Source of the DNA: a virus
Reading direction: 5' to 3' (one strand)
DNA: 64,000 nt
IMG/VR virus record: IMGVR_UViG_3300029711_000003
Coordinates: 32,001-96,000 of that record
Below the pieces are notes generated by a model. It ran no database searches and had not been told where the DNA came from. It saw only the letters and a program-made list of their open reading frames with translations. The stretch's first letter is position 1. The number at the start of each line of letters is the position of its first letter. Position numbers and translations under genes: made by a program. Shown piece after piece: positions 27,554 through 38,117 of the stretch.

Positions 27554-30500
27554 CAAAAAGTCTATCTGAATGGATTGAAAACAACAAACTTTCGGTATCG
27601 GAGTCAAAAATCAATGACTCCGATATTGTAAGTATTGAAGGTGTTGGAACATTCCTTTATGTACATCCGTTTGACGGTAAGATAATTGATGAAGATTTTG
27701 CTTTCATATTATCGGATGAAGAGTTTGATTTGCTTGATGAAAAGAAAGTAGATTACATATTGTTTGAGTTCGGTAAGAAATTCTATTATTCCAGTCCTAA
27801 ACAATCGAAGAACAGATACAACGAAATCATTTACAAACCTGAGTTCAATGATTTCAAGTATTTGGGTACAACGAAAGAAACAACAGAAGATATATTTCCA
27901 TTTGTTCACCTTGGAGTTCATTCCGAGTATGAAATGTTGAATGGTTCGGGAGCCTGTGAGTTGTGGGCTAAGAAAGCTGCCTTTATGAAAGTTAAGGCTT
28001 TGGGCATATGTGATAAAAATACTATGGCTGGAGTTCTTTCATTTCAGACCGCTTGTGAAAAGAAAGGGGTGAAGTCAATAATAGGTGAAACCGTAACTGT
28101 AGCAATAGATTATTCCGAAGAAAAACAAAACCAAGAAACATTTGAATTAAAGCTATATGTTTTGAATTATGAGGGGTGGAAAAATCTGTTGCTTATCAAT
28201 AAAGCTATAAATGTTGACTATGATGGTTTTATTCCTGATACGTTACTTTATACGCTGGGAAAGGGCTTATGCTGCGTAGTGCCCAAAGAGAGTGAATTCA
28301 ACTACATTAAGGATGATAAGGTGAAAGTGTTAAAACTTATAGCCAAATACAAAAAGACGTTTGACCAAGTCTATTATCAAATTGATACGGTTGAATATAC
28401 TTCTCAACAATTATTCCGTAAGCACTTGGAAAACATTGATACTTATATAATGAAATACAAAAGGTTCATCAAGCCTATCTTAATCAATGATTCATATTAT
28501 CTTGATGCCGAAGAAGGTGGATTGAAATCTTTGTTGAATAAGGTATCGGGAAAGGCTGCGCCTGAATCAAACAATCAATTCTTCAAGAGCTTTATGGATA
28601 CCTTGGAATCATATAAGGAATGGGGAGAGGTATCGGAGCTATGGGACATTATTTTATCAGGAAGACATTATGCTGAAAAGCTCACAGATAAAATTGATTT
28701 CCGCATAAATACTGGAGAACGTAAGTTGCCTCATTTTGAGGTTAAGGATGTTGAAGGACTGTTCTTTCAGGAGCTTGAACGTGGAATAAACGAGCGTTTG
28801 GGAGATTTGCCTCCAAAGAAGATGAAAGAATATCTCAAGCAGATAGAAACCGAGTGCGCTGTTATAGTTCCTAATGGTTTGTGCGATTATTTTATGATAC
28901 TTTGGGACATCATAAAGTGGTGTCATGATAATGATATAAACACTGGTCCAGGACGTGGTTCAGTTTGCGGTAGTCTTATAGCGTACTGTTTACATATAAC
29001 AGACGTTGACCCATTGAAGTATGGATTGATGTTTGAGCGTTTCTTGAATGAAACACGTGTATCGGGAGAGCGAGCGAAAAGTGCGGACAGTATGCCTGAT
29101 ATAGATGTTGATTTTCCAACAGAGTTCCGTGATGCTGTTAAAGAGTACATCAAAGAAAAGTATGGTTATGCTTACACTTGTAGTATTGGTACATATACGA
29201 GAATGAAGCTCAAAACTTGTATCAAGGACTTCGGAAAGGTTAAGGGATTGTCATTTGATTTGACAAATAAATTGACTAAGGATATAGATGACCAAATAGA
29301 ATACACTTGGGGAGATTTGATTGAATATGCAAGCAAGTCGAAACTTCTTTTCAAGTTTGTTCAGGAAAATCCTGAATTGGTTCATATGACCAAATATGCA
29401 CTTCTTCAGCCGAAAGCTGAAAGCGTACACCCGTCAGCCGTTATTATCGTACCTAAACATGCTGTGGACGGTACGAACAGAGAAATGGACTTGTGGGAGT
29501 GGATGCCTGTAAAGAAAATTGATGGTGTATTGGTATCTGAATGGGAAGGAAAGTACATTGATAAGTCAGGTTTTTTGAAAGAGGATATTCTTGGACTTTC
29601 TCAGCTTGATAAGTTTAAGAGTATTTTGAAACTTATTGAAAATAATTGTCACAAGAAAATAGATGTTAACAAGATACCGCTGGACGATGAAGCGACATTC
29701 CGATATTTCAAACGTGGTTGGAATGAAGATGTATTTCAGTTCGGTACGACTGGGTTGATGAATTATTGTCGTCAAGTTAAGCCTGATAGTTTGGAAAACC
29801 TTATAGCCATGACTGCTTTGTTCAGACCTGGACCCATGGAGCTTAATGCGCATCAAGACTTTGCTGATATTAAGAACGGAAAGAAGAAACCTGTGTATGA
29901 CTTTGGTATGGAAGATATAACCAAAGAAACTTATGGACTTTATGTGTATCAAGAGCAGGTTATGCAAGCCGTAGTTGTCGGAGGTTTGACGAAGGTTGAA
30001 TCAGACGTTCTCCGTACTACGATTAAGAAGAAGGATGTGAAAACACTGGCTTCATTTGGCGATAAGTTTAAGGATGGATATGCTAAACTTTTGTCAAAGA
30101 ATGGTATCAAAAATCCTGAAGAGTATGCTAATCACGTATGGTATAAGCTGCTTGCCTTTTCAGGGTATGGTTTTAACAAATCACACGCTGCCGCTTATTC
30201 TATAATGTCTTATTGGAGCCAATGGTTTAAGGTTAATTATCCGTTGGAATTTTGGACAACTGCTCTTCAATTCTCCAAAGAGGGAGAAGTGCCATACCGT
30301 TTAGCTGAGTTGAAAAAGACAGGAGCTGAAATTGAGATACGTCCACCTGATGTTAATTTCTCCGATATAAATTTCACTTGCGATGCGAAAGAACAGCGCA
30401 TCTTCTTCAGCCTGACGAAAATTAAGGGAGTAGGAGAAGTGGCGGTGAAGAATATAATGGATACAAGGCACGCAGGTGGGCAGTTCTATTCGTTGGAAGA

Positions 30501-31101
30501 GTTCCTCAGCCGAGTACCCAGTAAGGTAAACAAAACTGTTGTAAAATGCTTAATAGTAGCTGGAGCGTTTGACCTGATAGAAGGTGTTAACAATCCGAGA
30601 GATAGAAAGAAGCTGCTGGAGAAGTATTTGGAAAGCAAGAATGAAAGTTTACCAGAAGAATACTCAGGAGCGGATAGCAATTCCAACGCATTTTGGATTT
30701 TGGAACAAAAACGTCTTACTGGGTTTGGAGAAGTAGATTATGAAACCATGATACGTGATGCCATTCCTAACAAGCGTTTGTCTAAGTTGTATGTCAATGA
30801 TAGCGAGTTCCTTGATACTAAGGAAAAAACGGAAGTTGTTATTGCCGGCAAACTTATATTCTATCGTGAGCGTGATATTAAGAACGGAAAGGTGTGTACT
30901 ATTCAGATAGACTGTAATAATACTATTTTGAACGCCATTCTTTGGCCAGACGCATACGAGAAGATTGATGAGGATATAGCTAATTTGAAGGGTTGTATCG
31001 TAGCTTTGAGCGGTACGGTTGAAAAAGACCGATATAGGAATGAAAAAAACTTGTATAGTAACAATAAAACAAAGTTATATGTTATATCAGAATCAAAATA
31101 A
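27550..31101 (+). CDS. dnaE: DNA polymerase III alpha subunit (DnaE-type, C-family replicase)
   Basis: PHP motif VHLGVHSEYEMLNGS. Other family blocks: GPGRGSVCGSLIAYCLHITDVDP, MPDIDVDF, FRPGPM and FNKSHAAAYS. C-terminal OB-fold-like segment. The first ~115 aa precede the PHP domain. Confidence 0.95.
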   Translation: MTKSLSEWIENNKLSVSESKINDSDIVSIEGVGTFLYVHPFDGKIIDEDFAFILSDEEFDLLDEKKVDYILFEFGKKFYYSSPKQSKNRYNEIIYKPEFNDFKYLGTTKETTEDIFPFVHLGVHSEYEMLNGSGACELWAKKAAFMKVKALGICDKNTMAGVLSFQTACEKKGVKSIIGETVTVAIDYSEEKQNQETFELKLYVLNYEGWKNLLLINKAINVDYDGFIPDTLLYTLGKGLCCVVPKESEFNYIKDDKVKVLKLIAKYKKTFDQVYYQIDTVEYTSQQLFRKHLENIDTYIMKYKRFIKPILINDSYYLDAEEGGLKSLLNKVSGKAAPESNNQFFKSFMDTLESYKEWGEVSELWDIILSGRHYAEKLTDKIDFRINTGERKLPHFEVKDVEGLFFQELERGINERLGDLPPKKMKEYLKQIETECAVIVPNGLCDYFMILWDIIKWCHDNDINTGPGRGSVCGSLIAYCLHITDVDPLKYGLMFERFLNETRVSGERAKSADSMPDIDVDFPTEFRDAVKEYIKEKYGYAYTCSIGTYTRMKLKTCIKDFGKVKGLSFDLTNKLTKDIDDQIEYTWGDLIEYASKSKLLFKFVQENPELVHMTKYALLQPKAESVHPSAVIIVPKHAVDGTNREMDLWEWMPVKKIDGVLVSEWEGKYIDKSGFLKEDILGLSQLDKFKSILKLIENNCHKKIDVNKIPLDDEATFRYFKRGWNEDVFQFGTTGLMNYCRQVKPDSLENLIAMTALFRPGPMELNAHQDFADIKNGKKKPVYDFGMEDITKETYGLYVYQEQVMQAVVVGGLTKVESDVLRTTIKKKDVKTLASFGDKFKDGYAKLLSKNGIKNPEEYANHVWYKLLAFSGYGFNKSHAAAYSIMSYWSQWFKVNYPLEFWTTALQFSKEGEVPYRLAELKKTGAEIEIRPPDVNFSDINFTCDAKEQRIFFSLTKIKGVGEVAVKNIMDTRHAGGQFYSLEEFLSRVPSKVNKTVVKCLIVAGAFDLIEGVNNPRDRKKLLEKYLESKNESLPEEYSGADSNSNAFWILEQKRLTGFGEVDYETMIRDAIPNKRLSKLYVNDSEFLDTKEKTEVVIAGKLIFYRERDIKNGKVCTIQIDCNNTILNAILWPDAYEKIDEDIANLKGCIVALSGTVEKDRYRNEKNLYSNNKTKLYVISESK

Positions 31102-31151
31102 TATGAAACAGGAAGAAGAAATAATTGTTGTTTTCCCTTGGACAATTTTTA

Positions 31152-31766
31152 ATGTTAAAAGTCATGATAAAGGAATTTGTTAATAAAATTGTATCTTTGG
31201 ACAACGTTCATCAATGGGCAGAACGTGATAGCGTTATCAAAGAAACCGTATCGCAACATTCATTTAAGGTTGCATCATTTGCCATCTTCATTCTTGATAG
31301 ATTGGAAAATGAAAATTGTAATGTAATTGGTAAAGGAAATCAAGATTGGATTGAGTTCCGAAAGAATTGCGTTGAGTATGCTGTTTTACACGACTTTGAT
31401 GAAGCAATACTTGGACGTGATATCAGTCATGTCGTTAAGTATAATAAACATAATGGCGACAAAATCAGAAAGGATATTGATGACTATGTCAATTATGAAA
31501 TTGAACGTCTTGGATTAAATCTGATTAAGGATGAAATAAATCCTAATGTTAAGACGTTTGTGAAATTCTGCGATTGGCTTGCTATGATGTCTTTTATTTA
31601 TCGTAACAAATCAATGGGAGTGCGAACATTCGGTAATGAGAGAATGTATTGCCAAGATAAAGCAACAGAAAGCAGTGTGGTAGTTCAATCTATGTTGAAC
31701 AAAGTTTTCCATATTGAAAGTTTCAAATGTTTGGTAGAAATACTTAATGACTATATTTATGAATGA
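31152..31766 (+). CDS. HD-domain phosphohydrolase (YfbR-like 5'-deoxynucleotidase)
   Basis: ETVSQHSFKVA followed by AVLHDFDEAILGRDISH, which is the H...HD...D metal-binding pattern. Start chosen at the first ATG, at 31152. The listed 31125 start uses an alternative codon. Confidence 0.6.
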   Translation: MLKVMIKEFVNKIVSLDNVHQWAERDSVIKETVSQHSFKVASFAIFILDRLENENCNVIGKGNQDWIEFRKNCVEYAVLHDFDEAILGRDISHVVKYNKHNGDKIRKDIDDYVNYEIERLGLNLIKDEINPNVKTFVKFCDWLAMMSFIYRNKSMGVRTFGNERMYCQDKATESSVVVQSMLNKVFHIESFKCLVEILNDYIYE

Positions 31767-32103
31767 ACAGATAGTTGAAGACCTGAAAATAATTCAGGAA
31801 AAGGAGCCTGATGCGTATAAGGCGGTAGAAATGGTGATTCACCATATAGCAGGCACTTACAGCGATAAGTACGAAGTGAAAGAAGATACGGTCATTGATA
31901 CAAAGAAAATGCTGTACAATGCTAAAATGGGCAAGTACATCAATATATATCAAGTCAACCGTTATCTTCAAAGAGTTCTTTCGGAGGGTAAAAAGAAGTC
32001 TGATTTGCTGAATGATATTTTCAAAGCTATACATTATTTGGTGTTTGAAATAACAAGGCGAATTAAACAAGGCGAAATAGATAACACTGAATATAAGGTA
32101 TAA
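31747..32103 (+). CDS. hypothetical protein
   Basis: 118-aa ORF. ATG 31759 is an alternative start and gives an ATGAATGA overlap. Confidence 0.45.
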   Translation: MTIFMNEQIVEDLKIIQEKEPDAYKAVEMVIHHIAGTYSDKYEVKEDTVIDTKKMLYNAKMGKYINIYQVNRYLQRVLSEGKKKSDLLNDIFKAIHYLVFEITRRIKQGEIDNTEYKV

Positions 32104-32104
32104 C

Positions 32105-32626
32105 ATGGAAAAACGTGTAATACAAATTAGTGGCAATACCTATAAACTCATATTTGACAATTTTGATGAGGACGTAGATATTGATTCATTGTTGAAGATT
32201 GACTACTCAAACCTCATTGGAGAGCTTGTTACGTTTCCAGTGATATTGAATAGGTTTGGCATATTACTTGCTGAAGCTGAATCGCAAGTTGCCGAAACTA
32301 AACTCAATATGGATGTGTATGAAGCTAAAACCAAAGAAAGGTTGAGGATTGAACTTGCTGAACAGAATAATGGAAAAACTCCTACGGTTGAAGCTCTGAA
32401 TAATGCCGTTGTGTCTAACAAGGCATATCAAGCTATGAAACGTAAGTATATCGAAGTTGTGAAAACACGTGATTACATCAATTCTATATTTTGGGCGGTC
32501 AAGGATAAGTCCGAGAAGTTGAACAAGCTATCCTTGTCTATACAGCCAGGCGATTTGTCTGACTCTGTTATAGAAGGTAGAGTGAACAACGTTTTAGTTA
32601 AAAAGATAAAGAAAGTTATTGAATAA
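32105..32626 (+). CDS. hypothetical coiled-coil protein (recombination/replication module)
   Basis: 173-aa ORF starting 1 nt after the previous stop. It lies between the nucleotidase and the SSB-like gene. Confidence 0.45.
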   Translation: MEKRVIQISGNTYKLIFDNFDEDVDIDSLLKIDYSNLIGELVTFPVILNRFGILLAEAESQVAETKLNMDVYEAKTKERLRIELAEQNNGKTPTVEALNNAVVSNKAYQAMKRKYIEVVKTRDYINSIFWAVKDKSEKLNKLSLSIQPGDLSDSVIEGRVNNVLVKKIKKVIE

Positions 32627-32643
32627 ATTGTTAATTAAAAAGA

Positions 32644-33930
32644 ATGGCAACAAAAAATTCAGCTGCGAGCTTGCGTTCACAATTGAAAGCAACTCCGATT
32701 AAGAGCCTGAAAAAACAGGTTGACGAAGACAACGAAATGATTGGCGCATATGCTGCTAATGAGTATTTGAACTTGGAAGATGGTAAGACAATTAAAATCC
32801 GTATCTTTCCAGCTCATCCAGGTGTTGAAAACTTCTATTTACCTAAGAAATGTTATTGGCTATCCATTGCCGGCAATGACGGCGATATGCGACGTGCTCA
32901 AGTACTGGATAGCCGTGCTCATGGCGGTACGAAGTACGATTTGGTTGATGAGTACGTTAAGTGGGCTAAGAAGAAGTGGGCTAAGGATAGCGACAGATTG
33001 GACGCTTTGACTGGTACTGGACCAAACTCTAATAGCCTCAATCCTCAATACTCTTGGCTGTGCTATGCTGACCGTGTAACCGCTGATGACCCATTGAAGG
33101 CAAAAGTTTGGGAATTCAAGAAAATGGTTCGGGATGCTCTGAACAAGCTGGCGTTCTCCGAAGATGAGGATGAGGTTATTGAGATTGACCCGTTCACTGA
33201 CCCAGATGAAGGTCTGCCTATTCTTGTTAAGTATATGAAAAATCCTAACAAGAAAAAGGGTGAAACTTATTATGAAGTATCATTTCCGAAGAAGGTGACG
33301 GCAAGACCGCTTACTGACGAAGAAATTGAGTATTTCATGACTTTGAAACCGCTCACAGAGCTGTTACCGAAGTATGGTATCAGAGATTTTGAAAGAGCTT
33401 TGGAAGGCTTGCAAAACTTTGATGAGGAAAATGAAATGGGCTTGTTTGACGATGACGATTGGTTGGAACATGTTGAGGAAATCAAGGCTCAATATGACGG
33501 TGAAGAGGATGAAGACGACAAACCAGCTAAGAAGAAAACCTCAAAGAAAGTCACCAAAAAGTCCGTAGAGGATGAAGACGATGACGAAGAAGAAACGGAG
33601 GAAGAAGAAAAGCCGAAAGCAAAGGGAAAGACAAACAAGAGAAAGCCTGAGCCCGAAGATGAAGAGGATGATGAAGAAGAAACTGAGGAGCCTGAAGAGG
33701 AAGAAGCAGACGACAACGAAGAAGATGATGGGCTTGATGATTTGGATAGAGCAGGATTGAAGAAGTATATCCGAGAAAATGAACTTGATATTTCAATCAA
33801 GAAGTCCATGTCTGACGATGACGACAACGAAGAAGAGCCTGAAGAAGAGGAAGAAGATGATGAGGAAGAAAAGCCGAAGGCAAAAGTATCACTTGCTGAC
33901 ATCAAAAAGAAACTCGCAGGCAAGAAATAA
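32644..33930 (+). CDS. putative gp32-like ssDNA-binding protein with very long acidic C-terminal tail
   Basis: GKTIKIRIFPAHPG and KVWEFKKMVRDALNKL resemble, from my memory of the sequence, T4 gp32 segments (AVIRFLPS, KVFKYRFGKKIWDKI). It has an acidic tail like gp32 and lies adjacent to the recombinase gene. Confidence 0.45.
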   Translation: MATKNSAASLRSQLKATPIKSLKKQVDEDNEMIGAYAANEYLNLEDGKTIKIRIFPAHPGVENFYLPKKCYWLSIAGNDGDMRRAQVLDSRAHGGTKYDLVDEYVKWAKKKWAKDSDRLDALTGTGPNSNSLNPQYSWLCYADRVTADDPLKAKVWEFKKMVRDALNKLAFSEDEDEVIEIDPFTDPDEGLPILVKYMKNPNKKKGETYYEVSFPKKVTARPLTDEEIEYFMTLKPLTELLPKYGIRDFERALEGLQNFDEENEMGLFDDDDWLEHVEEIKAQYDGEEDEDDKPAKKKTSKKVTKKSVEDEDDDEEETEEEEKPKAKGKTNKRKPEPEDEEDDEEETEEPEEEEADDNEEDDGLDDLDRAGLKKYIRENELDISIKKSMSDDDDNEEEPEEEEEDDEEEKPKAKVSLADIKKKLAGKK

Positions 33931-33959
33931 TTAAGATAGAGAATTTACTGTTTTTTGAG

Positions 33960-33999
33960 CCACCCGTGTCTGTGATAGATGTGGGTGGTTTTCTTTTTA
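33960..33999 (+). terminator. intrinsic terminator
   Basis: CCACCC (33960-33965) pairs with GGGTGG (33983-33988), followed by TTTTCTTTTT. Confidence 0.7.
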
Positions 34000-34034
34000 T
34001 CAGCGTTATTATAAATATCTAAAAGTAATGTATT

Positions 34035-35171
34035 ATGACAAAAAGTATCATTGATAAAATTGTTCAAAAATTTAATTCTGAAGACGTTATTAAGTTTTCT
34101 GATAAAAATGGGTTTGCAGAAGTAGAAAGTTGGGCTCACACAGGAAGTCCTACACTTGATTACAATCTTCATACTTTCGGATTGCCTACTGGTATAGTGG
34201 AGATTGCAGGAGCAAGCCGTTCAGGCAAGACAACCATTGGTTTAATGGCTATGAAATACTTTCTACTGGAAAATGTAGATAATGGCATAGCAGTCATTCT
34301 TTCAAGCGAAAATAGAGATAATAAAGATTATGCCTTACAGCTTGGATTGCCTGTAAATAGAATTATCATTGTTAAAATTAAGTATGTAGAGGCTATGTTC
34401 ATGCAGGTTAAAAAACTCATCATGGATACAGATGAGATAATGAAACCAATGAAACTCAAACCCAAGTTTTTCTTTCTTTGGGATAGTCTTGGAGCAACGC
34501 TTTCAAAATCTGAACTTGATACTATGGAAGAGAATACAAAACGTATGGAGAAAGAACTTCAGAGGGGAAGCGAGGTTGATGAAATAGAGTTGAAGAGTGA
34601 GAAGATGATGGCATTTGCCAAAGAAGCTAAGAAGTTTGCTAAGAGTTTAATGGCAGAAATGTACACTCATACTATGCACTTTGTTATGTTAAATCATCAA
34701 TATGATAATACAGCACCAGGAAGTTTCATAACTACCAAAAAATCAACTGGAGGCGAATGGGTTGCTTTGTTTTCTTGTTTACGATTATCTACCAGCATTG
34801 TAAAACATGAGAAAATAGATGATGAAGAAGTAGCTCAGATAACAAGAGTAAAAGTTGTTAAAAATGACTACGGAAGCCGTAAGTACACCGATATAAGGAT
34901 ATTGCTTGGTTATGGCATAATACTTTCTCAAGAGGATATTGATTATGCTTTGGAAAATGGTATATTGCAAAAAGAAGGAGCAAAGAAAATAAGTTTTATG
35001 AAAGGCAAGTTGTCGTGGAGTTCTCCGAGAGAACTTTTCAATAATTATAGACAACATAATAAGTTCCTCAAGGTTTTGGAAAATAAGATAAGAAAGTCAA
35101 TGCAGAAAGACCTTATTGATTTGAAAGAAAATCTTGCTAAGAATATAGAAATTGAGGAAGATGAAGAATAA
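34035..35171 (+). CDS. RecA/UvsX-family recombinase
   Basis: LDYNLHTFGLPTGIVEIAGASRSGKTT matches the RecA N-terminal motif plus Walker A. Walker-B-like FFFLWDSLG. 378 aa. Confidence 0.75.
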   Translation: MTKSIIDKIVQKFNSEDVIKFSDKNGFAEVESWAHTGSPTLDYNLHTFGLPTGIVEIAGASRSGKTTIGLMAMKYFLLENVDNGIAVILSSENRDNKDYALQLGLPVNRIIIVKIKYVEAMFMQVKKLIMDTDEIMKPMKLKPKFFFLWDSLGATLSKSELDTMEENTKRMEKELQRGSEVDEIELKSEKMMAFAKEAKKFAKSLMAEMYTHTMHFVMLNHQYDNTAPGSFITTKKSTGGEWVALFSCLRLSTSIVKHEKIDDEEVAQITRVKVVKNDYGSRKYTDIRILLGYGIILSQEDIDYALENGILQKEGAKKISFMKGKLSWSSPRELFNNYRQHNKFLKVLENKIRKSMQKDLIDLKENLAKNIEIEEDEE

Positions 35172-36255
35172 GTATGCAGTAGGTGTATTGATAAATGATA
35201 TACATCTTGATAAGAGCAATGGAAGTTTAGTCAAAGACATCTTCCAACAGCTTATGAAAGTTTGCAAAGAGTACAACACCCATCGTATATTCTGCGGTGG
35301 GGATGTATTCACTAACAGGTCTGGTCAGCCTTTACAATGCTTAACAGATTGGAAAGAAATATTAGAAAAATTAAAAGAAAAGGGCTATGAATTTTATGTT
35401 ATTCCAGGAAATCATGACAAAACTGATAGCAATAGCGAAAAAAGCTATCTTGACATTTTTGGGGGAAATCATGTTCATTTGTTTCGTAATGCTGGCCGTG
35501 TTTTGCTTGATGGTTGTGTTATCGGTTTCATTCCTTATTTCCAAGATGAAAAATGGTTGGAAGAATTTCAAAGATTGGAGGATGAGATTAATGACAACTT
35601 GATAGAAGAAGATATATATATTGATGACGCTACGATACTGATAACTCATATGGGGTTTGATGGTGTTGTTAATAATGACGGTAGTCGTGTTAGTTCTATT
35701 ATTAAGCCGTCTATGTTTAAGAATTGGACTAAGGTTTTGATTGGTCATTATCATAACGCATCTGAATTAGCAGACAATGTTATTTACACAGGTTCAGCTT
35801 ATCAAAACAACTATGGAGAGAATATAACAGACAAAGGTTTTACAGTCATTTTTAATGACGGTTCAATTAAACACGTTCAATCTGATTTTCCGAAATATAT
35901 CAAAGAAGTTATTGACGCTAATGATAAGGAAACTTTAATGAATTTGTTGGAAAAGTACGGAGGTGAAGAACGTGATTACATACGGTTTGTTTTTGTAGGA
36001 AAGAAAACCGATTGTCAAAAGATAAACATTGCTGAAATACAAGTAAAATATGGCATCGACTGCAAGTTTGTCAGTAACGAAGAAAAAGAAGCTATTGAGT
36101 TATCGGAAGATGACGCTGTTCTTGAATACGACAAGAAAACTCTTACAAAGGACTTTATGAAGTTCTGTTCAGATAACGACATAAAGGGTAAACAATTCAA
36201 GTATGGTTTTGATTTGATAAAAGGTGTAAAGTATGTGGAATCCAGTAAAAATTGA
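35152..36255 (+). CDS. sbcD: Mre11/SbcD-like nuclease (T4 gp47-like)
   Basis: Calcineurin-like phosphoesterase motifs in canonical order: NDIHLD, GGDVF, GNHD, THMG and GHYH. Confidence 0.85.
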   Translation: MRKMKNKYAVGVLINDIHLDKSNGSLVKDIFQQLMKVCKEYNTHRIFCGGDVFTNRSGQPLQCLTDWKEILEKLKEKGYEFYVIPGNHDKTDSNSEKSYLDIFGGNHVHLFRNAGRVLLDGCVIGFIPYFQDEKWLEEFQRLEDEINDNLIEEDIYIDDATILITHMGFDGVVNNDGSRVSSIIKPSMFKNWTKVLIGHYHNASELADNVIYTGSAYQNNYGENITDKGFTVIFNDGSIKHVQSDFPKYIKEVIDANDKETLMNLLEKYGGEERDYIRFVFVGKKTDCQKINIAEIQVKYGIDCKFVSNEEKEAIELSEDDAVLEYDKKTLTKDFMKFCSDNDIKGKQFKYGFDLIKGVKYVESSKN

Positions 36256-38089
36256 GTTTTGTAATCTTTTTTCTCATAAGCATTCTCAATATGAGTTTAA
36301 GAACGGAAAGTGTGTTGTTATTTTTGGAGATAACAAAGATGATAAGTCACTTCAAAACAATGGTTCGGGAAAGACAACTTTGTTTGAAGCCGTTTGTATA
36401 GCATTGACTAATGAGAGCCTAAGAGGTTTGAAAAAAGAGAGTTTTATCAATCGGGAAGCGGATAATTGTAAGATTGTCTTTTGTCTTGAAAATTCTGCTA
36501 TGAAGATGAAACTGAGAATTGAGCGTCAGTTCTTTCGTGGTAGTAAGCCCGCCAAGATAGCGATATATGAAAACGGTGAGTTAAACTCTCAGATTGTATC
36601 GGTAAATGAAGCAAACAAAAGAGTTCTTGAACTCATTGGAATAAGCCGAGAGGATTTGTTGAGGTATTTCATAATCAGCCAAGATAATCATTATACTTTC
36701 TTCACCGCAAGCGACAGCGAGAAAAAAGAGATAATGAACCGCATCACTTCGGCTGATATGGTCAATCCAGTCATTGAGCAATTAGATTTGAAGTTCAAGG
36801 AGAAGGATGCCGAGTACAAACAGATTAATGATGAGATAGGTAAGTTATCTGATAAAAGAGAATTATTGGAAGAGCAAAAGAAAGAAGTGCTTGCTAATGA
36901 TAATACTGTCTATGAGATAAAGAGGATAACGGAAAGTAAGGAAACGGCTGAGGAAGTGATACGAGATAAGAATAATGATATTGCTAATTACAAAAAACGT
37001 ATTGCTGAATTAGATAAGGAATTGTCTGATATTGTATTGACCGATGTTACGGAGCTTGTAAAGAAAAAGAAGAAAATTCAATCCGAGTGTGATGATTTGG
37101 AGAGCGAATTGCTCAATAACAAAAAGTTGTTGAAGAAATTGAAAAATGAATTAGGTCTGACCATAACTTGTCCTCATTGTCAAAAGGAGTTTATACCAGA
37201 GAGCCAGTTGAATCTTTCACCTGAAGAAATACGTGAAGCAATTGGTCAATTGAACAAAGAAACTTCTGATTTATCTTCCAAATTAGAGAAACGTGAAAAG
37301 AGTTTGGAAAAGGTCAAGAAAGATATATTGAGAGCCGAAGAACAAAAAGAGGAAATGGACAATTTATCCTACGAAAAGAATAAGCAACAAAGACGGATAA
37401 ATAATGCTCAAGAAACTATAAAAGAAATGCAAGACAGCATTGATATATATGATAAACAGATTGCTGAATTAAAGAGAAAGAAGAAAGATAACAAATTGCT
37501 GAACAGCTTAAATGAACGCATAGCCGATTGTGGTAAACAGATTGATGAATTAGTCAATCGTTTACAGCCCATAGCTGACGAAATAGACATGATTAAGTTT
37601 TGGCAATTCAATATGGGTAAAAACGGTTTTTCTACCTATCTTGCTAATAAATCAATAAAGATTATCGAAGGAATAACAAACAGCTTTTTGAGGAAGTTTG
37701 GTGTTGATATATCGGTATTGATTAATGGTTTCAAAATCCTACGTTCGGGAGAAGTAAGAGAGAAGATTGATGTGTTTGTTTTGAACGATGGTATCACCGC
37801 CGAACAATTTATGTCTAAGAGCGGAGGTGAAAGAGGTCGTGTTACACTTGCCGGCATACTTGGCATTCAGCATCTTATAAATCTATCTACAAACGGCAGA
37901 GGATTGAATTTGTTACTGTTAGATGAGGTTTTTCCTGGGATTGATGCTATGGGTCAGGAGAAAATTATCAAAGTACTGGAAACTCTTGGCGTAACTATTA
38001 TGTTGATAACTCAGAATGTTAGTGAGTCATTTAATAACGAGAATACATTGTATGTAGTTAAGTCAGGAGGCGAAAGCCGATATTTATAA
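36233..38089 (+). CDS. sbcC: Rad50/SbcC-like ATPase (T4 gp46-like)
   Basis: Walker A NGSGKTTL, long coiled coil with zinc hook CPHCQ, signature SGGERGRVTLA, and Walker B LLLLDEVF. Confidence 0.9.
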   Translation: MWNPVKIEFCNLFSHKHSQYEFKNGKCVVIFGDNKDDKSLQNNGSGKTTLFEAVCIALTNESLRGLKKESFINREADNCKIVFCLENSAMKMKLRIERQFFRGSKPAKIAIYENGELNSQIVSVNEANKRVLELIGISREDLLRYFIISQDNHYTFFTASDSEKKEIMNRITSADMVNPVIEQLDLKFKEKDAEYKQINDEIGKLSDKRELLEEQKKEVLANDNTVYEIKRITESKETAEEVIRDKNNDIANYKKRIAELDKELSDIVLTDVTELVKKKKKIQSECDDLESELLNNKKLLKKLKNELGLTITCPHCQKEFIPESQLNLSPEEIREAIGQLNKETSDLSSKLEKREKSLEKVKKDILRAEEQKEEMDNLSYEKNKQQRRINNAQETIKEMQDSIDIYDKQIAELKRKKKDNKLLNSLNERIADCGKQIDELVNRLQPIADEIDMIKFWQFNMGKNGFSTYLANKSIKIIEGITNSFLRKFGVDISVLINGFKILRSGEVREKIDVFVLNDGITAEQFMSKSGGERGRVTLAGILGIQHLINLSTNGRGLNLLLLDEVFPGIDAMGQEKIIKVLETLGVTIMLITQNVSESFNNENTLYVVKSGGESRYL

Positions 38090-38117
38090 AAATCTCAAAG
38101 TTTATATAAGATATGAA

